Below are positions 56,894-64,000 of a stretch of 64,000 nt of DNA, in pieces (the stretch's first letter is position 1; every line of letters begins with the position of its first letter). The notes beneath the pieces were generated by a model that ran no database searches, was not told the origin of the DNA, and worked only from the letters and a program-made list of their open reading frames with translations. Source of the stretch: Candidatus Poribacteria bacterium (GTDB lineage Bacteria > Poribacteria > WGA-4E > WGA-3G); the NCBI GenBank assembly GCA_965198235.1, contig OZ240248.1:3136001-3200000 (forward strand). Direction: 5' to 3'. The translations under genes and the position numbers were made by a program.

Positions 56894-59800
56894 TTACAAT
56901 GGGGGTAACCCGTTAACAATCTGCACTGTCTTCAAACTGACGGTGATGACGCGGGCAATTAAATCCACAATATACCGTGGCTCCGACGCTCGGTTCGGAT
57001 CGTTGACAATCCCACTCCGCTTGTCTGTCTTGACACGATACTGATCCACCACCCACTCCAACGCAGAACGGTTACCGAGTTTATAGTCATAGACCTCTGG
57101 CGGGATGCCGTCCAGTGTGAGGAAATCGTTGTATTTCAACTGCGTCTTGTCTTTGGACAATCTCATCTTCTCGACGCGCCAATCTACGGTCATACCTTCC
57201 GTTTCGATGTATTTCAGTCCATCGTATTTTGGAGCGGATTCATAGTTGACGTGTAAATCTGCTAACGCCGCACCTGCATTGGCGAAGCCCCAGAAATCTT
57301 CGGCGAAGGGGATATGCGGGAGGTCGCGTTTGAGGTTCATCTCGTATTTCTCACGATAGGTCGGATGGTGCAGGAGACCGTAGTTGTAGTGGAAGATGTC
57401 CCACTTGGAGATGGTGTCGTCGCCGTAACGGGTTTGGAATTCCGTCAACGCCCAATCGGTGATGTTCTCTTGCCGGTTCGTGCCGTCCTCGTTGTAGGTG
57501 TAGAAAGGGAAGCATTGGGAATCGCCTGTAAGATGAAGATCTGGAATTACATCAACTATCAGTAATTGAAAAGGTTTGTCACTTCCAATGCCACTGACAC
57601 AGATTATCCGATTTTCTGATTCCGTCTCAGGTGTTGGTAAAATTCGGTGCTGTTGGTAACGTTCCTCATTCCAGAAATTATCAAAGTAGAGGTATTTCTG
57701 ACAGAAGGGACGATACAGCGATGTACGGAAGTGAGCCTCTTCATAACTACTTGACTCCAGTTTTTTTAGTGATGCTTTAACTTGGCGAGTCCATTTAATG
57801 CGCGGGTCAGTCGCGTCAATGAAACTGTCAACTGGGGCTTTAGGATTATGCCTTCGCTTCCGATCAACAGTAGTGTTGTATAGTTCAATAAATGTGTGAA
57901 CCCGCTCTTGTAGTAGTGCAAGGTCAAAAGAATAAGCCAAAATATCTCTGTTTGTAGCAACCCCCAGAGAATAGAGGTTAAAAATAGTCTTTCTATCCTT
58001 TGTGTTTTTCACTTCCTTACTTCCCATAGGGATAAAGGTGTCAAATTCGACATCAAGTCCTTCGGTGAGCCACGTATGCTTTTTGTCAATAGTAATCTGT
58101 TTCATCGGGACGTTTCTATAATCCCCAAAGTCGCTTAAAAATTTCTGCTTCTCACGTGCTTTCAGATAGTCGCTAACAGAATAAATCCATATCTCGGTTT
58201 CCGTGTCAGATGTTGCCCTTGCTTTTTTGATGAAGAAACTAATCCCTACACCGACCCGAATTTGATCGTCAAAAACGTTGCCTCCCTCTTTTCGTCGGCG
58301 TTCACCAGAGGTACGGGCATTTCCTTTGAAATTGATGTGATAAATTTTGGTGAAGTCCTGTGCGATGTGTTTCCGCATACCGTCGAACGCTATACCGTTG
58401 AGAAAACCGTTGTTCGTTACAAAGGCAACTACCCCTTCCTCGCCAATCCGGTCAGATGCCCATCGAATCGCTTTCACGTAGGGATCGTATAGTTTATTTC
58501 TGAGCGTCGCTTTAGAATCTGCAACATAAGTCTCCGCAATCCGCTTGTCCATCGCGGGGTACTTGCGATTTTTGTTGTTATCGTTCTCATTCACCTGCCC
58601 CATGTTGTAGGGCGGATTGCCGATGACGACGAACATATCCGCCGTCTTCTGTCGTTCCACGCGTTCTGTGTTTTCCTGTGTGAAGAGTTCCCCTTGCTGC
58701 TGCTCAAGCAACTCAAATGTGTCGGCAAGCGCGATCCCCTCGAACGGCAGATACGTCCCTGTCCGTTGGAAGTATTCCTGTTCGATGTTGAGACTGGCGA
58801 TGTAGTAGGGCAGGAGCATCACCTCGTTGCAATGCAACTCGTGGCGGTATTTCGCCTCCAACGTCGTGCCTTGGATGTCCTGCATGAGCCGGACGATGAA
58901 GTTGCCCGTCCCGACGAACGGGTCAATGATATGCACGCCGGTATCTGACAATGACCGACCGAATTCGGTTTCCGAGATGTGTGCGACGCTGTTCACCATG
59001 AAATCGACGATCGGTTGCGGTGTATAGACGATGCCGTGTGTGTCGGCTACGTCCTCAGAGAATCCTTGAAAGAATTTCTCGTAGAATGTGTTGAGGAAGT
59101 GCTGTTTTTGGGAGAAGTCTTTGCAGAGCATCGCGGCTTGTTCAATTGCGACATAGAACCGATCTAACGGTTTGAGAAATTCCTCGCGACTGAACGCCTG
59201 TCGGATGAGTTCATCCACGACGTTTTCAATCTCACGTGCGATAATATTTCGGCGGGTGAAGGCGGAGTTATTAAAGACGGTGCGGAAGATGCGTTCGGTG
59301 AGGATATGTTGGATGAGCATCTCCTCGACGGCGTCCTGTGAGAGTTCCGGGTTGATGGAGGTGCGGCAGGTATCGTAGAAATCGGTGAACGCCTTTTTGA
59401 AGGCTGGGTCGGTTTCGTGGCGTTGCTCAATGAGTTCTTTGAGTCTGTTGGCGAGGTCTGGCACATGTTCCCTGAAATCAGTGACGGCGGTCTGCCAGTT
59501 GTCGAGTGCGGGTGGGACGTAAGCGAATAGGTATTGAAGTGCGGCAATCAGGTTGGCGGGTTCGGTGATGTTGAGATCGAGCACCTCCGCTCCGTTCTGA
59601 TACAGGATGACGCGTTGCGGTGTTTGGAAGAGGATGTTGTCGAGCGGGTAGCCCGCTTCGCGTTTCTCTTGCACGGACTGTGATAGGTCGTCGTCTATGT
59701 CTTTCGCTTCCCAGTAGGAGAGCGGGAGTCCGTATTCGTCGATGATTGCGCCGTCAATAACGATGCGATTTCCTTTTGGGGCGCGCATCGGGTATTGCGG

Positions 59801-59962
59801 GATGAAGGTGGCGTTCACCTGTTTTGCGCAGGCGTGCAGGAGCGTATCAAAGGGTGAGCTGACCGCGCCTTCGTGTGTGATGTCGTGTTGTTCGTATTGC
59901 TGCAGTGTGGCGTAATAGTCTCGGATTGCTTTGTGATTGGGTTTGAGGTTGAGTTTCGGCAT
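56894..59962 (-). CDS. single-chain restriction-modification enzyme (type ISP/IIG-like: nuclease, N6-adenine MTase, C-terminal specificity domain; no helicase)
   Basis: IDG..WEAKD nuclease motif, GIVYTP, DPFVGTG, GNPPY, YRPF, Y.LGNRSALEWV. Confidence 0.88.
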   Translation of the reverse strand: MPKLNLKPNHKAIRDYYATLQQYEQHDITHEGAVSSPFDTLLHACAKQVNATFIPQYPMRAPKGNRIVIDGAIIDEYGLPLSYWEAKDIDDDLSQSVQEKREAGYPLDNILFQTPQRVILYQNGAEVLDLNITEPANLIAALQYLFAYVPPALDNWQTAVTDFREHVPDLANRLKELIEQRHETDPAFKKAFTDFYDTCRTSINPELSQDAVEEMLIQHILTERIFRTVFNNSAFTRRNIIAREIENVVDELIRQAFSREEFLKPLDRFYVAIEQAAMLCKDFSQKQHFLNTFYEKFFQGFSEDVADTHGIVYTPQPIVDFMVNSVAHISETEFGRSLSDTGVHIIDPFVGTGNFIVRLMQDIQGTTLEAKYRHELHCNEVMLLPYYIASLNIEQEYFQRTGTYLPFEGIALADTFELLEQQQGELFTQENTERVERQKTADMFVVIGNPPYNMGQVNENDNNKNRKYPAMDKRIAETYVADSKATLRNKLYDPYVKAIRWASDRIGEEGVVAFVTNNGFLNGIAFDGMRKHIAQDFTKIYHINFKGNARTSGERRRKEGGNVFDDQIRVGVGISFFIKKARATSDTETEIWIYSVSDYLKAREKQKFLSDFGDYRNVPMKQITIDKKHTWLTEGLDVEFDTFIPMGSKEVKNTKDRKTIFNLYSLGVATNRDILAYSFDLALLQERVHTFIELYNTTVDRKRRHNPKAPVDSFIDATDPRIKWTRQVKASLKKLESSSYEEAHFRTSLYRPFCQKYLYFDNFWNEERYQQHRILPTPETESENRIICVSGIGSDKPFQLLIVDVIPDLHLTGDSQCFPFYTYNEDGTNRQENITDWALTEFQTRYGDDTISKWDIFHYNYGLLHHPTYREKYEMNLKRDLPHIPFAEDFWGFANAGAALADLHVNYESAPKYDGLKYIETEGMTVDWRVEKMRLSKDKTQLKYNDFLTLDGIPPEVYDYKLGNRSALEWVVDQYRVKTDKRSGIVNDPNRASEPRYIVDLIARVITVSLKTVQIVNGLPPL

Positions 59963-60017
59963 GGGGATATGATAGCAGATTTTGAGGTGTAAATCAAGGG
60001 AATTTGGGATGGAGGGA

Positions 60018-60270
60018 CACACATGTCGCCCCTCTGGGGCTTGAGTGTATGGGGGCGCTTTTCTATAAACATATCGCCCCTACGGGGCTGGAGACGTAGT
60101 GGTACAAACCTGTGAAAATCCACGCAATCTGTGTAATCCGCGATTCAGACGAAAAATGACCATGTCGCCCCTCTGGGGCTTTGTTTTTTCAGGAGATGCG
60201 TTTCTACACAGATGGGGTTTCTCCGCTGGGGCTGAGGGAGTTCGGGGTTGGAAACCCCTCCCACAGGTCG
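60018..60270 (-). repeat. REP array (reverse orientation)
   Basis: catgtcgcccctctggggc x2, ctataaacatatcgcccctacggggc, aatccgcgattcaga, ttcggggttggaaacccctcccac. Confidence 0.7.
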
Positions 60271-60498
60271 TTCCTACAGCAGACGTGGTGTGACTACCAC
60301 TATGTTGTGTTTTGGAAGAGAGTTTTATTTAAAAATAATGGTGCTGGAACTGGCGGCAACCCTCTCTCAACCGCGTTGCAGCATAAGCATATTCATTACA
60401 AAATGATAACAGATTTAGGAAAAATAGTCAAAATCAAACCGCACCTACCTTATTAGGGGACCTGTGAACCAACGTTTATGAGATAGGTTCTATAAAGG

Positions 60499-61623
60499 TT
60501 ACATCAATTCGACGAAGACTTCGTTTGCGAGGAAGAGTCCGCGAGGTGTGAGGCGGAGATGGGTGGAGGTTTGTTCTAAAAGTTGTAAATCTAACCATTT
60601 TTTGAGGATGTTCCCGAACGCGGCTTCGATGTCTTCGCCGAAACGGTTTCGATACCCTGCCAGGGAGATACCTTCGCGCTTCCGAAGTGCGAGCATGAGC
60701 GTTTCTGCCTTCTCAGCGGGTCCTGTCATGCGTTCGGTGTCGGCGATCGGTTTATGACGTTGGGAGAGTTTGTTAATGTAGGGCGCGATACCCCGAATGT
60801 TGGTATAACGCACGCCGTTTATATACCCACACGCTCCCACACCGAGTCCGATGCACGGTTGATTGTTCCAGTAGACGAGGTTGTGCCTCGCGAAGTGGTT
60901 CGGTTTGGCGAAGTTACAGATTTCATAATGCGTATACCCGTGCATGGTGAGTGTCTCAATGGTGTATTGGAACATATCCGCTTCGGTGTCCTCGGTAGGG
61001 AGGTGGAGTTCACCGGCTTGCCACCATTCATAAAACGGTGTCGTTTCCTCCATGACGAGGTTATAGACTGAAATATGATTCGGTTCAAGGGAGATTACTT
61101 CGTTGAGGGTGTGGTGCCACGCTTCCATCGTTTGGTCAGGCAGTGCGAAAATGAGGTCGACGTTGATGTTCTCAAAGCCGCCTTCGCGGGCGAGGCGATA
61201 ACTCTGCAGAAATTCAGCAACAGTGTGGATTCTGCCTAACTGTTTCAAGGTGTCGTCTTGCATGGCTTGTAGCCCGAAACTGAGCCGATTCACGCCGTTG
61301 TTTTGCATCACCTTCAGCTTCTCACCATCGACGGTTCCCGGATTACATTCTACAGTGATTTCAGCGTTCGGGGTTATTTGGAAATGCCGGTGGATGTCGG
61401 CGAATAACTGTGCCAAAGCGTCCGCAGAGAGGATAGAAGGAGTGCCACCCCCGATGAAAACTGTTTGTAACGGGTCGGTTTCAGAGGCGTAGAGTTCCAT
61501 CTCTGTTCGGAGTGCCGCTAAGTATGCTTTCGCCTCGTCTTTATGGAAGGTATACGTATTGAAGGCGCAGTAGTAGCACTTCGTGGCGCAAAATGGGATA
61601 TGGATGTAGACGGAGGAAGCCAT
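60499..61623 (-). CDS. hemW: radical SAM heme chaperone HemW
   Basis: YIHIPFC...C.YC, FIGGGTPS, YEICNFA..HN..YW. Confidence 0.9.
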   Translation of the reverse strand: MASSVYIHIPFCATKCYYCAFNTYTFHKDEAKAYLAALRTEMELYASETDPLQTVFIGGGTPSILSADALAQLFADIHRHFQITPNAEITVECNPGTVDGEKLKVMQNNGVNRLSFGLQAMQDDTLKQLGRIHTVAEFLQSYRLAREGGFENINVDLIFALPDQTMEAWHHTLNEVISLEPNHISVYNLVMEETTPFYEWWQAGELHLPTEDTEADMFQYTIETLTMHGYTHYEICNFAKPNHFARHNLVYWNNQPCIGLGVGACGYINGVRYTNIRGIAPYINKLSQRHKPIADTERMTGPAEKAETLMLALRKREGISLAGYRNRFGEDIEAAFGNILKKWLDLQLLEQTSTHLRLTPRGLFLANEVFVELM

Positions 61624-61624
61624 T

Positions 61625-62728
61625 TTATTCTGTAAATTCCAACCCGACTCGGATTGCCTCGCCGCTATCGGCGTAAGAGAACGCTTCGTTAATGTCGCTG
61701 AACGGAAAGGTGTCAGAGATGATTTTGTGGAACGGATACCTGTCTCGTGTTCGGCTTAGGAAATCGAGGGCACGCGGGATGACCCACGGCTCATAAACGA
61801 TTATGCCGCGAATCGCTTTACTGCAGCGGACGATGTTACCGGGATCAATCTCTGTAGGGAATCCGAGATTGATGTTACCGATCCAGAGATAACGGCCACC
61901 CCATCGGAGCATCTCCACCCCTTCGGCAAGGACGCGCGGCGATCCGACAAACTCGGCGACGAGGTCTGCCCCGATGCCGCGGGTCTGGTCGAGGACGTAT
62001 TCGACACGTGATTTCATATCAACTTCGTCGACGTTGAGGGTCTCATCTGCGCCGAACTCCTGCGCGAGTGCGAGGCGTGCGGGTAGCCGATCGAAAACGA
62101 TGATTTTTCCGGCACCCATCTCCCGTGCGACCGCTGTCGCGTAGAGTCCGAGTCCGCCGGCACCTTGGATGACCACAGTATCACCGAGTGTGATACCGAT
62201 CTGGTTCAGTCCGTAAATGACTTCGGACAAGGCGCAGTTGATGGGGGATACGAGCGCGTCAGGGAGTGCGTCGGGAACTTTGAACACCCAATGTCCGGGT
62301 TTCATGTAGTAGTACTCACCGTAGGCACCGTGGAAATGAGGTGGCTGCTCGCTGGAGACACCGAGCCAATCTCGGTAGCGGTCAGGACATCCCGGTTTTC
62401 CGTTGAGACACATCCAACAGTGTTGACACGGTTTGAAATAGGAGTAGGCGATGCGATCGCCTTCGGTTAACGGTTGTCCAGTGCTATCCATTGTGATATT
62501 GCGTCCCATTGCTTCAATCGTGCCGATCATTTCATGTCCGAGCACTTGGGGGATACCGCTCTCGATTTTGGGTCCATGTCCGCGCCAAAAGTGTAGGTCG
62601 GAACCGCAGATATTTGCCATACGGATCCGTACGAGCAGGTCGTCGGGTGTGACGGATGGAATCGGGTATTCCCGGAATTCCATGGGCGTTTGCGCTTGTG
62701 TGAAGATGGCGACTTTTCCAGTTTTCAT
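61625..62728 (-). CDS. zinc-dependent alcohol dehydrogenase (MDR family)
   Basis: CGSDLH, LGHE, CxxCxxC...C, GAGGLG. Confidence 0.9.
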   Translation of the reverse strand: MKTGKVAIFTQAQTPMEFREYPIPSVTPDDLLVRIRMANICGSDLHFWRGHGPKIESGIPQVLGHEMIGTIEAMGRNITMDSTGQPLTEGDRIAYSYFKPCQHCWMCLNGKPGCPDRYRDWLGVSSEQPPHFHGAYGEYYYMKPGHWVFKVPDALPDALVSPINCALSEVIYGLNQIGITLGDTVVIQGAGGLGLYATAVAREMGAGKIIVFDRLPARLALAQEFGADETLNVDEVDMKSRVEYVLDQTRGIGADLVAEFVGSPRVLAEGVEMLRWGGRYLWIGNINLGFPTEIDPGNIVRCSKAIRGIIVYEPWVIPRALDFLSRTRDRYPFHKIISDTFPFSDINEAFSYADSGEAIRVGLEFTE

Positions 62729-62791
62729 TGTAAATCTCCAGAGAACAGCCGTGTTTTTTGTGTAGTGGTGGTTAGGCCTAAGCAGAATGTC

Positions 62792-63127
62792 TCAGACAGC
62801 AGTCGAGATGTTAATCTCGGCTGGAGGAGTATCAGCAGGCCTCTCTCGGACAACAATTTCAATGTCGCGATCCAATTGTCTGAGCAGGACAAATAGGCGT
62901 TCGATCGAAAAGTCGTCAAGCCTGCCGTTTAGAAGTGCCGTGACTTCGGACTTACTAATACTAAGCTGCGTAGCTGCCTTGCCAGGCTTAAGTTTCCTTT
63001 CGGTTATAATATCATAGATTATTAAGGCAAGACGGGTTTTCGCGAGGTATTCCTCTGGATTGGGAATTTCTAAATCCTTGAATACATTACCGCTGCCTAC
63101 TTCGTATTCAATTTTTTCCTTAGTCAT
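62792..63127 (-). CDS. XRE-family HTH antitoxin (HigA-like)
   Basis: GSGNVFKDL, HTH, FSIERL; overlaps the toxin stop codon. Confidence 0.85.
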   Translation of the reverse strand: MTKEKIEYEVGSGNVFKDLEIPNPEEYLAKTRLALIIYDIITERKLKPGKAATQLSISKSEVTALLNGRLDDFSIERLFVLLRQLDRDIEIVVRERPADTPPAEINISTAV

Positions 63128-63470
63128 TTTCGTTCTCCTTTTGAGCAAGTTCTTTTGCTGAGTTCAAACGCTTGCGAATTAGATCGATTTCCTTCTTCGG
63201 AGTTTTTATCCTAAATTTCGATTTTTTCTGGAAACAATGAAGCACATAAATCATCTCTCCCAGATTGACTGCGTAAATTGCCCGATAGGTGTCCCGATCA
63301 TAATTACTCACAATTTCATACACGCCCGAGAATCTTCGTAAGGGCTTTGCCTTGTGATGTGTTAAGCCAGCCTGTGCTCCTTCCAAGACAAAGCCAATCT
63401 CACGCCGCACATTGGCGGGAAATGTTAAAAGCCGCTTTTTGGAGTCCGCAACCCAGAAAACGGATTTCAT
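63120..63470 (-). CDS. RelE/HigB-like toxin (phage Gp49/DUF891 type)
   Basis: FPANVRREIG..L, YRAIY, IYVLHCFQKKS...KTPK.EI. Confidence 0.85.
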   Translation of the reverse strand: MKSVFWVADSKKRLLTFPANVRREIGFVLEGAQAGLTHHKAKPLRRFSGVYEIVSNYDRDTYRAIYAVNLGEMIYVLHCFQKKSKFRIKTPKKEIDLIRKRLNSAKELAQKENEND

Positions 63471-63512
63471 TTTTTTTCTTGCATAGATACATTCCGTCAG
63501 AATTGTAACGCC

Positions 63513-63905
63513 TTAATACTCGTCGAAATTGACCACTTTCCATCGTCCATCAATCTGTTCGGTGTTAATAATGACGTTTCGGGTGTGCGTTGTCGTGCCT
63601 CTGGTTTTGATGGTGAGCCTGTAGTTGAATAATACGTGTGTTGAGTCCTCTTCTTTGCCGATAGGTTCGTATTCGATTTTCGGCATCTCATCCATCTGTT
63701 GCCCTGGAGACCGGACTTCACGCACACGAGCGATTTCATCTTCTAATTTTTCTGCCGCAAGCCCGTGGCTGAGTTGTAACGCCGCCGCTTGGTCAGCCCG
63801 CTGGTAGTAGTTATAGATAAAGTCTTCGCTGACACCGCGCGGTGTGTTTCTGTTTGAACACGCAAGTATTAACAGGATGAGCAGTAAGAGGTATCTCTGT
63901 TTCAT
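63513..63905 (-). CDS. hypothetical lipoprotein (DUF4878/NTF2-like)
   Basis: Lipobox ILAC, TP..V...F, C-terminal DGRWKV. Confidence 0.6.
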   Translation of the reverse strand: MKQRYLLLLILLILACSNRNTPRGVSEDFIYNYYQRADQAAALQLSHGLAAEKLEDEIARVREVRSPGQQMDEMPKIEYEPIGKEEDSTHVLFNYRLTIKTRGTTTHTRNVIINTEQIDGRWKVVNFDEY

Positions 63906-63959
63906 TTTTCTAATTTACCTTGCGGCGTGCTGGCGTGGTTTTAGCAGGCACGTGCCTTT

Positions 63960-64000
63960 GAAAAATCTGAAGAAATACGCAGAAATACGCAGAAACACCC
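63960..64000 (+). repeat. C/A-rich modular repeat (runs off window edge)
   Basis: gaagaaatacgcagaaatacgcagaaacaccc. Confidence 0.65.

Overview
Bacterial chromosomal window, most likely Candidatus Poribacteria (inferred from the secreted proteins ending in an AVxPxxKLxTxWGxxK tail, together with LamG, ASPIC/UnbV, TPR, ankyrin and microcompartment vertex genes). Housekeeping content: rpsB-tsf-frr-cdsA-dxr-rseP-udg-priA (pyrH and uppS are absent from their usual places), ndk, hisH, ribD-ribE-ribBA-ribH and hemW. Accessory content: (1) an AT-rich five-gene operon (25.6-37.0 kb) built around a 1806-aa DExH/DUF1998 helicase, with a degenerate McrB-like AAA+ coiled-coil protein and a Cas4-like Fe-S nuclease, which is a candidate new Druantia-like defence system; (2) an intact tnpB IS200/IS605 element and a 221-bp IscB/omegaRNA-type miniature element, both with reconstructable insertion sites; (3) an antitoxin-HNH-type ISP-like restriction-modification cassette bracketed by inverted repeats; (4) a UGA-containing peroxiredoxin-like gene, a probable selenoprotein; (5) a C25/PorU-like peptidase with two eutN/ccmL genes and a sigma54 two-component pair. 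Many intergenic regions are made of repeats: GTAG-type REP hairpins, some with loops expanded by shuffled C/A-rich telomere-like modules, and a MITE-like element whose ends abut or supply the start and stop codons of many genes. Several of these repeats also sit in frame inside proteins. All calls are by eye from sequence and motifs; no searches were run.
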